From: Myxococcota bacterium
GTDB taxonomy: Bacteria > Myxococcota_A > UBA9160 > UBA4427
Reading direction: 5' to 3'
Assembly (NCBI GenBank): GCA_036336835.1
Contig: JAYZFK010000094.1
Span: forward strand, 32,001 to 96,000
Length of the DNA stretch: 64,000 bases
The position numbers and the translations under genes were made by a program. How positions within the stretch are numbered: the stretch's first letter is position 1; every line of letters begins with the position of its first letter. Below, piece by piece: positions 45,537 to 55,804 of this stretch. Under the pieces are notes generated by a model, which saw nothing but the letters and a program-made list of their open reading frames with translations, ran no database searches and had not been told where the DNA came from.

Positions 45537-46524
45537 GTTGGTTTCGTTGTTTCCTTCGGCTCGCCGACGATTCGACATCGGTCGCGGGGTGGATTTCGGG
45601 GCTCGTGCCCCCGGATCGGGCATTCTCACGCATCGGGGCGACGCACCGTGGAGCGGCATGCGCGGCCACCTCCATCAGCGTCTCGCCAGCCGCTGCGAGA
45701 ACTCGTTCGAGTGCTTCGGGGTCGCCGGCCTCGGCGGCCTGGGCGATCTGCGAGAGCGACTCGCTGAAATGCTGCAGCGGGCCGACCAGTGCCTTGCCGT
45801 TGGTCGTCAGGATGTCGGCCCACAGATCCGGTCCGCTGTGCGCGATGCGCGTGAAGTCCTGGAAGCCGGCGCCCACGAGCTCCTTCGACGGCGACGGCAT
45901 GTGCTCGAGCGCATGCGAGAATGCATAGGCCAGCAGATGGGGAAGGTGGCTCGTCCAGGCGACCTGAGCATCGTGTGCATCCGGATCCCGCCGAACGACA
46001 CGCGCCCCGAGCGCGGCCCAGAAGTCCGAGATCCGCTCGCAAGTCCGCTCGTCGGTCGACTCGATCGGCGTCACGACGACGCAGCGGCCGACGAACAGCT
46101 CGGCGTCGGCGTGCTCGGCACCGGCGCGGTGGCTCCCGGCCATCGGGTGCGAGCCGACGAACTGGACCCCCTCGGGCAGCAGGGCCGGAAGGGCTCGGGC
46201 GAGATCACCCTTCACGCTGCCCACATCGGTGACGATGGCGCCCGGGGCGAGATACGGCGCCGCCCGCTCGAGCACTCGCTCCATGGCGGCAATCGGTGTC
46301 CCGAGCACGACCAGGTCCGCACCGCCAACCACCTCGGCCAGATCGCCAAAGCGATCGATCGTCCCCGCGGCAACGGCAGTCTCCAACGGCCCGCGCCGAC
46401 GCGCGTATCCCAGGGTCTCGCGCGCGACGCCGCGGCTGCGGGCCGCGCGCGCCGTCGAGCCACCCAGCAGGCCGAGCCCGAGCACCGCCAGACGTTCGAA
46501 GGCCACGAAGCCCGACGCGCTCAA
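45529..46524 (-). CDS. tyrA: Prephenate/arogenate dehydrogenase
   Basis: GLGLLGGS, TDVGSVK, HPMAGS, HD..VAWTSHLPH and GFQDFTRIA. Confidence 0.93.
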   Translation of the reverse strand: MSASGFVAFERLAVLGLGLLGGSTARAARSRGVARETLGYARRRGPLETAVAAGTIDRFGDLAEVVGGADLVVLGTPIAAMERVLERAAPYLAPGAIVTDVGSVKGDLARALPALLPEGVQFVGSHPMAGSHRAGAEHADAELFVGRCVVVTPIESTDERTCERISDFWAALGARVVRRDPDAHDAQVAWTSHLPHLLAYAFSHALEHMPSPSKELVGAGFQDFTRIAHSGPDLWADILTTNGKALVGPLQHFSESLSQIAQAAEAGDPEALERVLAAAGETLMEVAAHAAPRCVAPMRENARSGGTSPEIHPATDVESSASRRKQRNQHD

Positions 46525-47618
46525 GGAACCGCCTCCTCGAACTTTCGCAGCGCCTTGACGAAGCGTTCGTTCTCGTCTGGCGTCCCGATGGTGATGCGCA
46601 CGAAGTCCGGCAAGCCGAAGCCGTGCAGCGGCCGCACGATCACACCCTCGGAAAGCAGCGCTTCGTAGGCTCCGGCGCCGGTTCGGGCGAGCAGGAAGTT
46701 CGCATCGGTGGGCCAGACCTCGATCCCGAGGGCATCGAGCTCGCTCTCGAGATATCGCGCGCCCTCGTCGTTGGTGCGCTGCGCGCGGGCGACGTGCGCG
46801 GTGTCATCGAGCGCCGCAACCGCTGCCACCTCCGCGAGCCGATTGACGTTGAACGGATGGCGGGCCCGGTGCAGGAAGCCCGCCAGCTCCTCGTCCGCAA
46901 TCGCGTAGCCAACGCGCAAGCCGGCGAGACCGTAGATCTTGCTGAATGTGCGCAGCACCACGGTGCCCGGACGGCGACGCGTCCAGCCGATCGCCTCGGG
47001 AAAGTCTTTGCGGCGCACGTACTCGAAGTAGGCCTCATCGATGCAGACCACGACGTCGTCGGGCACCCGCGCCATGAAGTCCTCGAAGACCTCGGCGCCG
47101 AAGCTCGTCCCAGTGGGGTTGTTCGGATTGCACAGAATCACGAGCCGCGTCTGGTCTCCGATCGCCTCGGCGATCGCGTCGAGATCGTGCACCTGCGCCG
47201 AGCTGAGCGGTACGGCCGTTGCGGTCGCCCCCATCCCCCTCGCGATCAACGGATACATCGCAAACGACGGCCAGGCGTAGACGACGTCGCGTCCCGGAGC
47301 CAGCAGCACCTTCGCCAGCAGCTCGAGCATTTCGTCGGCGCCGCAGCCAAAGACCAGCTGCGCCTCCGAGACGCCGAGACGCCGGGCGAGCTTGCTGCGC
47401 AGCACAAAGCTCTCGCCGTCGGGATATCGGTTCACTCCGTCGAGCTCTGCACGCATGGCCGCAATGGCCTTCGGCGACGGCCCGAGAGGGTTCTCGTTGG
47501 AAGCCAGCTTGATCGAGCCCGAGATGCCGAGTTCCCGCTCGAGCGCCTCGACGGGCTTGCCGGGCTGGTACGGCGCGAGATCGAGAATGTGCGGGTTGAT
47601 GCGATCGCGCAGCGCCAT
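46521..47618 (-). CDS. hisC: Histidinol-phosphate aminotransferase
   Basis: YQPGKP, KLASNENPLG, NPNNPTG, DEAY and RTFSKIYGLAGLRVG. Confidence 0.95.
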   Translation of the reverse strand: MALRDRINPHILDLAPYQPGKPVEALERELGISGSIKLASNENPLGPSPKAIAAMRAELDGVNRYPDGESFVLRSKLARRLGVSEAQLVFGCGADEMLELLAKVLLAPGRDVVYAWPSFAMYPLIARGMGATATAVPLSSAQVHDLDAIAEAIGDQTRLVILCNPNNPTGTSFGAEVFEDFMARVPDDVVVCIDEAYFEYVRRKDFPEAIGWTRRRPGTVVLRTFSKIYGLAGLRVGYAIADEELAGFLHRARHPFNVNRLAEVAAVAALDDTAHVARAQRTNDEGARYLESELDALGIEVWPTDANFLLARTGAGAYEALLSEGVIVRPLHGFGLPDFVRITIGTPDENERFVKALRKFEEAVP

Positions 47619-47619
47619 G

Positions 47620-48789
47620 CTAGGCAGCCCCGGTCGCGGAGCGCGACTCCAGCGCGCCGTGGCTCGCCGCCGGATAGGAGCCAAGCGTCTTGTGCGAGTG
47701 GGCGACAGCCGCCGCATCCTTCAGCGCCCGGGCCACCGCGGGGTCCTCCACGTGGCCCTCGAGATCGACGAAGAACAGATACTCCCAGGGCTTGCCCTTC
47801 ATCGGCCGCGACTGTACCGCCGTCAGGTTCACACCGTGGGCTGCAAACGGCTCCAGCAACCGGAACAGCGCGCCACTCTGGTCCTTGCTCACGGTGAAGA
47901 CCGCCGAGGTCAGATCGTTGCCGCTGCGGGCAGGCCGATCGCGTCCGATCACCAGAAAGCGAGTGCTGTTGCCCTTGCGATCCTCGATCGAAGGCTCGAG
48001 CACCTCGATGTCATAGGCCTCGGCCGCCACCTCGCTGCCGATCGCCGCAAAGGTGGAGTCGCTGGCCGCAACCTGAGCAGCCGTCGCCGTGCTCGCCATC
48101 TCTACGATCTCGATACCGGGCAGCTCGCGCTGGAGCCAGCCGCGGCACTGCGCGAGAGACTGGGGGTGCGACCCAACCCGCTTGATGCGATCGAGCGAGC
48201 CCGCATTCGTGAGTAGATTCTGCTTGATCTCGAGCAGCAGCTCGCCGCAGATCGTGACCTCGGACTCGACCAGTGAATCAAAGCACTCGGTCACCGCCCC
48301 CTCAGTCGTGTTCTCGACGGGCACGACTCCGTAGTGCGCGAGCTCGCGCTCGCACAGGTCGAAGACGTCGCGGATGTGCGCAGCCACGACGAGCTCGGCC
48401 AACGCGCCGAACTGCCGCACCGCGGCCTGGTGGCTGAACGTTCCCTCGGGCCCGAGGAATGCGACGCGCACCACCTCCTCGAGCGACCGCGTCGCCGAGA
48501 TGACCTCCCGGAAGACGTGCTCGATGCCCCGGTCCGGGAAGGGCCCGGCGTTGCGGCGGGTGAGGCTCGCGATCAAATCGCGTTCACGGGAGGCGACGTA
48601 GACCGGGGCGCGACCGTTTCGCGCCTTCAACTCGCCGACCTGCTTCACCAGCCCGGCACGCAGATTGAGCCGGTCGAGGAGTTCGCTGTCGACCTCGTCG
48701 ATCGCTGCGCGCAGACGTCCGAGGTCTGCGTCGAACTCCGGCGAGGTCGCGGGCTCGGCAGCGGCGTCGGGTCCTTTTGCATCGGACAT
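47620..48789 (-). CDS. pheA: Bifunctional chorismate mutase / prephenate dehydratase (P-protein)
   Basis: AroQ domain LRAAIDEVD..LL..LN.R; LGPEGTFSH, VPVENTTEG, NSTRFLV and ACT domain ..QSRP. Confidence 0.95.
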   Translation of the reverse strand: MSDAKGPDAAAEPATSPEFDADLGRLRAAIDEVDSELLDRLNLRAGLVKQVGELKARNGRAPVYVASRERDLIASLTRRNAGPFPDRGIEHVFREVISATRSLEEVVRVAFLGPEGTFSHQAAVRQFGALAELVVAAHIRDVFDLCERELAHYGVVPVENTTEGAVTECFDSLVESEVTICGELLLEIKQNLLTNAGSLDRIKRVGSHPQSLAQCRGWLQRELPGIEIVEMASTATAAQVAASDSTFAAIGSEVAAEAYDIEVLEPSIEDRKGNSTRFLVIGRDRPARSGNDLTSAVFTVSKDQSGALFRLLEPFAAHGVNLTAVQSRPMKGKPWEYLFFVDLEGHVEDPAVARALKDAAAVAHSHKTLGSYPAASHGALESRSATGAA

Positions 48790-49211
48790 CGTGGACGCGC
48801 TCCCGGCCCGAGTGGTTTGCGACACGCGGCTCGGACCTCGGTTGCCCGGACACACGCTGCCGGCGAAGGGGACCCGGCACATCAAAGGCGAGGCCTCCGC
48901 GGGGAGCGGGCACGAAAGCGAGCGGTATCGCCGCTAATCCCGCGAAAAGGCTGGCGGAAGATACTCGAGCGCACCTCGTGTCGCAAATCCCATTTTGTCC
49001 AATTCAATAGCGAAGACAAGGGGTTATCGCATTCTCCCAGCGGGCGACCCGGCGGATATGCAACTCCCGGCGCAACCCATTAGAAAAGCAAAGGATCTTC
49101 CGCATAACGCCCGCTCTCGGCGGCCGAGACCCTCTCGCACCGCAGTGCCGGCCAGCCACCGGGACAACGGACAAGATCACCTCGACTGTAGTGATTTGCA
49201 CTCACTATGTG

Positions 49212-50546
49212 ATGCGTCTTCGGCAATCGCGAAACAGCGTCTCTTCCCGGGTCCTGGCCTTCGTCTCGATCTCGACCCTGATCAGCTCGCTGGCCATCAG
49301 CTGGATCGCGATCGACTCCCAGCGCACCGCCCTGCGCGTCGACCTCGAGAGCCGTCATCCGACGGCGCTCGCACGGCGCTACGAGCGCCTCCAGCACTGG
49401 CTGTCCGGGCAGCAGACGGACCTGGAGCAGGCCCTCGCCGCGCGCGAGCAGTGGCCGCTGCTGGCCCTCGGACTCGACGAGATCCAGCACCCCGCATCGC
49501 GAGGCCTGCAGATCGTCGATGCGGCGGGCGCCCCCGTCGCCGGCGTGCTCGATCCCGCGCCCCATCGCGACACGCTGGCCAGGGCGCTCCCGACCCTGGC
49601 CACGCCGCGCGAGCTGAGCGGACCCGAAGCCGATATCTACGCGACGGCCACGCCGATCGGCGACTCGGGCTTCTATCTCGTCAGCAGCGTGGCGCGCGCC
49701 CACGCCTTCGCGCCGGCCCGCGCGGTCGCGCTTCGCGTGCTGGTTGCCGACGTCTGCCTGGTGATCCTGTTCACCCTGCTCGCGCAGCGCATCACGCGCC
49801 GCATCCTCGAGCCGATCCACGCACTGTCGGACGGCGCTCGCCGCGTCTCGCGCGGCGAGCTCGACGTCCGGCTCGACCTGCCCTACCCGCTCGGGCCTAG
49901 CGACGAGATCGGTCTGCTGGCGCGCACCTTCGAGAGCATGCTCCAGCGTCTGCGCACCAACCAGCGCGAGATCGAGCGCACCAATCAACAGCTACGCGCC
50001 AACAACGACGAGCTGCAGCAGGCCAACCAGGTCCTCGAGCAGTTGTCGATCACCGACGGTCTGACGAAGCTTCACAACCACCGCTACTTCCAGGATCTGC
50101 TGGTCCACGAGTCGAAGCGTCTCGAGCGCACCGGCGCCCCGCTCTCGCTGATGCTGATCGACCTCGACGACTTCAAACAGCTAAACGACCGCTACGGACA
50201 CGCCGCTGGCGACCAGGTATTGAGCCGCCTGGCTGAGCTGCTGAACCGCGCGATCCGCGAGACGGACATGCTCGCCCGATACGGAGGCGAAGAGTTCGTG
50301 GTGCTCTCGAGCGGTACCGATCTGGCAGGGGCATGCGTACTGGCCGAGAAGATCCGGCTCACCATCGAACAGTCGGCCTTCGCGATCGATGATCGCGTGG
50401 AGCCGCTGCAAGTGACCGTGTCGATCGGCGTGGCGTTGTTCCGAGGCTGCAGCAAGCGGATGTTCCGCGCCGCAGACAGCGCGTTGTACCGCGCCAAGGA
50501 CCAGGGCAAGAACTGCGTCATCGAGGCCGCGTCCGAAGGCGCTTGA
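49212..50546 (+). CDS. Membrane-bound diguanylate cyclase (sensor-HAMP-GGDEF)
   Basis: Two TM segments, HAMP (DEIGLLA..F..M), TDGLT.L.N, DLDDFK..ND.YGH..GD, I-site RETD and active site RYGGEEF. Confidence 0.93.
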   Translation: MRLRQSRNSVSSRVLAFVSISTLISSLAISWIAIDSQRTALRVDLESRHPTALARRYERLQHWLSGQQTDLEQALAAREQWPLLALGLDEIQHPASRGLQIVDAAGAPVAGVLDPAPHRDTLARALPTLATPRELSGPEADIYATATPIGDSGFYLVSSVARAHAFAPARAVALRVLVADVCLVILFTLLAQRITRRILEPIHALSDGARRVSRGELDVRLDLPYPLGPSDEIGLLARTFESMLQRLRTNQREIERTNQQLRANNDELQQANQVLEQLSITDGLTKLHNHRYFQDLLVHESKRLERTGAPLSLMLIDLDDFKQLNDRYGHAAGDQVLSRLAELLNRAIRETDMLARYGGEEFVVLSSGTDLAGACVLAEKIRLTIEQSAFAIDDRVEPLQVTVSIGVALFRGCSKRMFRAADSALYRAKDQGKNCVIEAASEGA

Positions 50547-50578
50547 GCGAGCCTGCTGTCTCCGGCATGCTCGCTCCC

Positions 50579-51199
50579 ATGACACACCTGGTTGGTCTGT
50601 CCGGCGGCATCGGCTCGGGCAAGAGCACGGTCAGCTCCCTGCTAGAGGAACTCGGCTCGGTGGTCATCGACGCCGATGCCATCGTCCACGAACTGCAGGC
50701 CCCGGGGACGCCGTTGCTGGCGGAGCTCGTCGAGGCCTTCGGGCCGAGGGTGCTCACCGCCGACGGGGCCCTCGACCGCAAGACGCTGGGTGGCATCGTG
50801 TTCGAGGACCCCGGGGCACGCGCCGAGCTCGGCCGGCTGGTGCACCCGAGGGTCGGGGAGACGATGTTGCAGCGCAGCGAAGCCGCTCGCGCGGCAGGCG
50901 CCGAGCTGGTCGTGCTCGACATCCCGCTGCTGTTCGAAGGCCGCGCTGCCGGGACCGGCACTGCCGCGCAGCTGGGCTACGACTCGACGCTCCTGGTCTG
51001 GGTCCCAGTGGAGGTCCAGATAGAACGGACGATTGCGCGCGACGCCTGCTCGCGCGATGAGGCGCAGGCGCGCATCGACGCGCAGCTGCCGATCGACGAG
51101 AAGCGGGCGCTGGCCGACCGCGTGATCGACAACTCGGGCACGCGCGAGCAGACACGCGCCCAGGTCGAGCGCGTCCACGCGGAGCTCACGGGGACGTGA
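50579..51199 (+). CDS. coaE: Dephospho-CoA kinase
   Basis: VGLSGGIGSGKSTV, IDAD.IVH, LDRK.LG..VF, DIPLLFE and ADRVIDNSG. Confidence 0.95.
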   Translation: MTHLVGLSGGIGSGKSTVSSLLEELGSVVIDADAIVHELQAPGTPLLAELVEAFGPRVLTADGALDRKTLGGIVFEDPGARAELGRLVHPRVGETMLQRSEAARAAGAELVVLDIPLLFEGRAAGTGTAAQLGYDSTLLVWVPVEVQIERTIARDACSRDEAQARIDAQLPIDEKRALADRVIDNSGTREQTRAQVERVHAELTGT

Positions 51200-51293
51200 C
51201 CGACGGCCCCCCCGGTCCATCGCGCCGCTCGGAGGACCGCCCCGCCCTCACCGGCTCGATTCCCGGATGCGCCCGCCGGGATTGGACGCAGAG

Positions 51294-52097
51294 TCAGCGC
51301 GGCCTGCGCAGCGGCGCCTTCAGCTCAGCGACGAAAGTTGCGACCGCATCGATCATCTCGGCCCTCGAGTCGGCGGACTCGATCCGGTCGACGATCGCGC
51401 TGCCAACGACGACCCCGTCGGCGTACCGTCCGACGCGCTCGGCGTGCTCGGGCGATGAGATGCCGAACCCGACGCAGACGGGGATGCTGCCGTGTCGCCG
51501 GATTCCGCGCACGCCCTGCTCGATCCCCTCCGCCAGCGACGCCCGCGCGCTCGTGACGCCGGTCAGGGACACGTAGTAGAGGAAGCCGCGCGACTCGGCG
51601 ACGAGGCGTTCGATCCGCTCCGGCGTCGAGGTCGGCGCCACCAGCATCACGGGATCGATGCCGGCTTCGCGACAGGCCGCGAAGAACTCTGCACCCTCCT
51701 CCGGCGGCAGGTCGACCACGATCACGGCGTCGACGCCCGCCGCGCTCGCCGCCTCGGCAAAACGCTCGGGACCCATCGCGAGGACGTTGTTTGCGTAGCC
51801 CATCAGCACCAGCGGCACATCGATCCGCGGCCGCACACGCTTGACCATCTCGAGCACGGCGCGCAGCGTCGTGCCGCTCGCAATGGCGCGCTGGCTCGCC
51901 CGCTGGATGGTCGGCCCGTCCGCGATCGGATCAGAGAACGGGAAGCCGATCTCGATCACGTCGGCACCCGCCTCGGCCATGGCGAGCAGGAGCGCTTCCG
52001 TCGTGTCGAGATCGGGATCACCCGCCGTCAGGAAGGGAAGCAGCGCTGGCTCGCCCCGCGCCCGCAGGACCTCGAACCGCTCGTCGAGACGCGACAT
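51294..52097 (-). CDS. trpA: Tryptophan synthase alpha chain
   Basis: TAGDP, EIGFPFSDPIADGPTIQ, VDLPPEE, GFGIS and ADGVVVGSA. Confidence 0.97.
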   Translation of the reverse strand: MSRLDERFEVLRARGEPALLPFLTAGDPDLDTTEALLLAMAEAGADVIEIGFPFSDPIADGPTIQRASQRAIASGTTLRAVLEMVKRVRPRIDVPLVLMGYANNVLAMGPERFAEAASAAGVDAVIVVDLPPEEGAEFFAACREAGIDPVMLVAPTSTPERIERLVAESRGFLYYVSLTGVTSARASLAEGIEQGVRGIRRHGSIPVCVGFGISSPEHAERVGRYADGVVVGSAIVDRIESADSRAEMIDAVATFVAELKAPLRRPR

Positions 52098-53296
52098 CAG
52101 TGCTGCGATTCCTTCTCCAGCAGGTCGCGCACCTCGGTCACGTCCTTGTCGCCGCGGCCCGAGATGTTGACGACCACGAGCGCGTCCGCGGGCAGCTCTG
52201 GGACGAGTCTGCGCGCGCCGGCCACGGCGTGGGACGACTCGAGCGCCGGAATGATGCCCTCGAGCCTCGACAGGTACACGAAGGAGTCCAGCGCCTCGGC
52301 GTCGTCTGCCACGATGTACTCTGCCCGGCCCTGATCCTTGAGATAGGCGTGCTCCGGCCCGACCCCCGGATAGTCCAGCCCCGCCGAGATCGAGTGGGCC
52401 GGGAAGATCTGACCGTCGTCGTCCGACATCACGAAGGTGCGCTGACCGTGAAGAATGCCCGGTTCGCCCGCCGTCAGCGTGGCGCCGTGCCGCCCGCTGG
52501 CCAAACCTTCGCCTCCCGGCTCGACACCAACCAGGCGCACGCCCTCGTCCTCGATGAAAGGATGGAACAGGCCCATCGCGTTGCTGCCGCCGCCGACGCA
52601 GGCAATGCACACGTCGGGCAGCCGGCCCTCCGCAGCGAGCATCTGCTCGCGCACCTCGAGCCCGATCACGCGCTGGAAGTCACGGACCAGCGTCGGGTAG
52701 GGATGTGGTCCCATCACCGAACCGATGCAGTAGTAGGTGGTGCCGATGTTCGTCACCCAATCGCGCATCGCCTCGTTGATTGCGTCCTTCAGCGTGCACG
52801 AGCCCGACGCTACGGTGTGAACCCGCGCACCCAGCAACTCCATCCGGAAGACGTTGAGCGCCTGGCGCCGCGTGTCCTCCGACCCCATGTAGACCTCGCA
52901 CTCGATCCCGAGCAGCGCGCACGCCGTCGCGGCCGCACAGCCATGCTGACCGGCGCCCGTCTCGGCGATCACACGGCGCTTGCCCATGCGCTTGGCGAGC
53001 AGCACCTGGCCGAGCACATTGTTGATCTTGTGCGCGCCGGTGTGCGCGAGATCCTCGCGCTTGAGATACAGCTTCGCTCCGCCGAGATCCTCGGTCACAC
53101 GCTCGGCGAAGGTCAACGGCGTCGGCCGGCCAGCATAGGTGCGAAGCAAGTGGTCGAGTTCGCTCTGGAAGGACTCGCTCTGCCCGATCGTCTTGTACGC
53201 GTCAGACAGCTCGTCGAGCGCGGCGATCAATACCTCGGGAACCCAGCGCCCGCCGAACTCCCCGAAACGACCGTGTTCGTCGGCCTCGCTCTTCAC
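52097..53296 (-). CDS. trpB: Tryptophan synthase beta chain
   Basis: [30 protein letters not shown] and [13 protein letters not shown]. Confidence 0.98.
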   Translation of the reverse strand: MKSEADEHGRFGEFGGRWVPEVLIAALDELSDAYKTIGQSESFQSELDHLLRTYAGRPTPLTFAERVTEDLGGAKLYLKREDLAHTGAHKINNVLGQVLLAKRMGKRRVIAETGAGQHGCAAATACALLGIECEVYMGSEDTRRQALNVFRMELLGARVHTVASGSCTLKDAINEAMRDWVTNIGTTYYCIGSVMGPHPYPTLVRDFQRVIGLEVREQMLAAEGRLPDVCIACVGGGSNAMGLFHPFIEDEGVRLVGVEPGGEGLASGRHGATLTAGEPGILHGQRTFVMSDDDGQIFPAHSISAGLDYPGVGPEHAYLKDQGRAEYIVADDAEALDSFVYLSRLEGIIPALESSHAVAGARRLVPELPADALVVVNISGRGDKDVTEVRDLLEKESQH

Positions 53297-53925
53297 TCGG
53301 CGTCCTCGGCGCGACGCACGGCTTCGACGAACGCCTTCATCGCGTCCGGATCCTTGCGAACCCCTTCACCCTCGACGCCCGTCGCCACATCGACGCCCCA
53401 GGGCGGGATGTCGCCGACTCCATCGATCGCCTGGCCGACGTTCGACGGATCGAGTCCGCCGGCCAGGATCACGTCGAGACCGATCTCGATCAGCGCGGAG
53501 GCCTCGCTCCAGTCCCAGACCTTGCCCTGGCCGCCCCCGTCGCTCGGGTGGTCGAGCAGCAGCATGCTGCCGGGATATTGCTGGGCGAGCTCGAGGTCCG
53601 CCCCGGCGAGAGCCTTGATCACTGGAAGCTCGATCAGCTCGACCTCCTCCTCGGTCTCGTCTCCGTGCAGCTGAACGCGCTCGAACTCGACCCGCCGCAG
53701 CACGCGCTCGATCTCGTTCCAGGCCTGGTCCTGGAACACCGCCACGCGTTCGACCCCGGTTCCATCGACCCGCTGGCAGATCGCCTCCGCGTTGCGGAGA
53801 TCCACCCCGCGCTTCGAGATCGGAACGAAGTTCACTCCGATCAGATCCGCCCCGGCCTCGACCGCCGCCGTCGCATCGTCGGGATGCGTGATGCCACAGA
53901 TCTTGATCCTCACGCTGCCGCTCAC
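53293..53925 (-). CDS. trpF: Phosphoribosylanthranilate isomerase
   Basis: IKICGIT, VQLHGDE, ILAGGL...NV and GVDVATGVE. Confidence 0.95.
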   Translation of the reverse strand: MSGSVRIKICGITHPDDATAAVEAGADLIGVNFVPISKRGVDLRNAEAICQRVDGTGVERVAVFQDQAWNEIERVLRRVEFERVQLHGDETEEEVELIELPVIKALAGADLELAQQYPGSMLLLDHPSDGGGQGKVWDWSEASALIEIGLDVILAGGLDPSNVGQAIDGVGDIPPWGVDVATGVEGEGVRKDPDAMKAFVEAVRRAEDAE

Positions 53926-54758
53926 GTTCTGCTCTCCTCCGGCGCCGGCCAGGGCGCCTCGAGACCGCGCAGGCGCCGCAGCGCCCCCGCCATATCCGCT
54001 TCGCGCATCAGGGATTCTCCCACGAGAAAGGCCCTGGCGCCGGCACTTTGCAGCCGTTCGACGTCGGCTGCGGAGTGGATCCCGCTCTCGGCGACGAGCA
54101 GCACATCTGGCGCCCGCTCCGCAGCGGCGAGGCGACCCGCCAGCCGCTCGGTGACCGCGAGGTCGGTCTGGAAGCTGCGCAGGTCGCGATTGTTGACCCC
54201 CACCAGGCTGGCTCCGATCTCGAGCGCCAGATCGAGCTCGGCCTCGTCGTGAACTTCGACGAGCGCGTCGAGCCCCCACTCGCCGGCCCTCTCGGCGAGC
54301 GCGACGAGCGTCTGTGGCGACAGCGCCGCCGTGATCAGCAACACCGCATCGGCGCCTGCGACCCGCGCCTCGTCGATCTGATAGGCATCGACCACGAACT
54401 CCTTGCGCAGGATCGGCAGCGGCACGGCCGCGCGCACCCGCGGCACGAAGCACAGCTCGCCCCCAAAGTAGTGCTCGTCTGTCAGCACCGAGAGACACGC
54501 CGCTCCGCCGGCATGGTAGGCAGTGGCGCATTCCACTGGGTCGAAGTCGGCCCGAATCAGCCCCCTGCTGGGCGAGCGACGCTTGACCTCGGCAATCACG
54601 GCCGGCCTCTCGCCAGCCTCGAGCGCGCGCCGGAAGCCGCGCACCGGCGTCGCGACGGCAGCGGCACGCTCTGCCATCTCCTCGGCGGACACACGACCGA
54701 TCGCCTCCGCGACCTCGCGGCGCTTGTGCTCGAGGATCTCATCGAGAATCGACGTCAT
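53922..54758 (-). CDS. trpC: Indole-3-glycerol phosphate synthase
   Basis: IAEVKRRSPSRG, SVLTD, LRKEF, GVNNRDL and VAESGI. Confidence 0.96.
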   Translation of the reverse strand: MTSILDEILEHKRREVAEAIGRVSAEEMAERAAAVATPVRGFRRALEAGERPAVIAEVKRRSPSRGLIRADFDPVECATAYHAGGAACLSVLTDEHYFGGELCFVPRVRAAVPLPILRKEFVVDAYQIDEARVAGADAVLLITAALSPQTLVALAERAGEWGLDALVEVHDEAELDLALEIGASLVGVNNRDLRSFQTDLAVTERLAGRLAAAERAPDVLLVAESGIHSAADVERLQSAGARAFLVGESLMREADMAGALRRLRGLEAPWPAPEESRT

Positions 54759-55804
54759 GCCGTCTCGCTGACGGGACGAGCTGGAGCCTCGTGCTCGTTG
54801 GTCGCACGCACCAGTGCGGCGAGCTTCTCGCGCGCCGCGCCGGACGCGACGCTCTCGCTCGCTGCGGCGACGCCCTGCGCGAGGTCCGCAGCCGCGCCGG
54901 CGACCCACAGGGCCGCTCCGGCGTTCAGCACCACGATGTCGCGACGCGCACCCGTCTCGCCCTCGAGGATCGCGTTCAGGATCGCCGCGTTGTGTGCCGC
55001 GTCACCGCCCGCCAGCTCGGACAGGGTCGCGCGCGGCAGCCCGAGCGTCTCGGGATCGAGCGTCCAGCGCTCGAGTTGTCCGCCGCTGAGCAGCGCGGCC
55101 TCGCTGGTCGTGGTGGTCGTCAACTCGTCGAGCCCGTCGTTACCGTGGACGACCAGCGCCCGGCGCGCGCCGAGCTCCCCGAGTGCGCGCGCCAGCGGCT
55201 CGATCAACGCAGCGTCGTAGACGCCCACGAGCTGATGGCGCGCAGCGACAGGATTCAACAACGGACCGAGGCAGTTCATGATCGTACGCAAGCCGAGCTC
55301 GCGACGTACCGCCGCCACGTGGCGCATCGCGGGGTGCGCGGTGCGCGCAAAGAACGGCGCGATGCCGATGCCGGCGAGGATCTCACCACAGGCCTCGATC
55401 GGCAGGTCGATGCGCACGCCGAGCGCCTCTAGCACGTCGAAGCTCCCGCTCTGGCTGCTTGCCGCGCGGTTGCCGTGCTTGGCGACCGGCACCCCGGCGC
55501 CCGCCACCACGAACGCGGCCGTCGTCGAAATGTTGAACGTGTTGGCACCGTCGCCGCCCGTCCCACAGGTATCGACGGTGCGGGGATCGACGGCTGGCGC
55601 GGTCGCCGCCCGGGCTCGCAGCGCGCGGGCCGCCGCTGCGATCTCCCCGTACGTCTCGCCCTTGGTCCGCAACGCGACGAGCAGCGCGGCGATCGCGGCC
55701 GGAGGGGCCGCGCCATCCCTGATCTCGCCGAACGCGGCCTCGAGCTCGCGCGCGCCGACCTCACGCCCGGCAATCGCCGCCTCTGTCGCAGCGCGCAGGC
55801 TCAC
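54755..55804 (-). CDS. trpD: Anthranilate phosphoribosyltransferase
   Basis: DTCGTGGDG..TFNIST, AKHGNR and GLDE; GTGA overlap with trpG. Confidence 0.96.
   Translation of the reverse strand: MSLRAATEAAIAGREVGARELEAAFGEIRDGAAPPAAIAALLVALRTKGETYGEIAAAARALRARAATAPAVDPRTVDTCGTGGDGANTFNISTTAAFVVAGAGVPVAKHGNRAASSQSGSFDVLEALGVRIDLPIEACGEILAGIGIAPFFARTAHPAMRHVAAVRRELGLRTIMNCLGPLLNPVAARHQLVGVYDAALIEPLARALGELGARRALVVHGNDGLDELTTTTTSEAALLSGGQLERWTLDPETLGLPRATLSELAGGDAAHNAAILNAILEGETGARRDIVVLNAGAALWVAGAAADLAQGVAAASESVASGAAREKLAALVRATNEHEAPARPVSETA

Noticed and set aside
48890..48960. Possible c-di-GMP riboswitch upstream of the diguanylate cyclase
   Set aside because: Does not match the class I GGCAAAC..GAAA..GACGCAAA pattern or the class II pattern
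51250..51285. CCGGCTCGATTCCCGG resembling a tRNA T-arm
   Set aside because: The loop is CTCG rather than TTCG, the stem does not fit, and there is no D-arm, anticodon arm or acceptor stem; probably a hairpin between convergent genes
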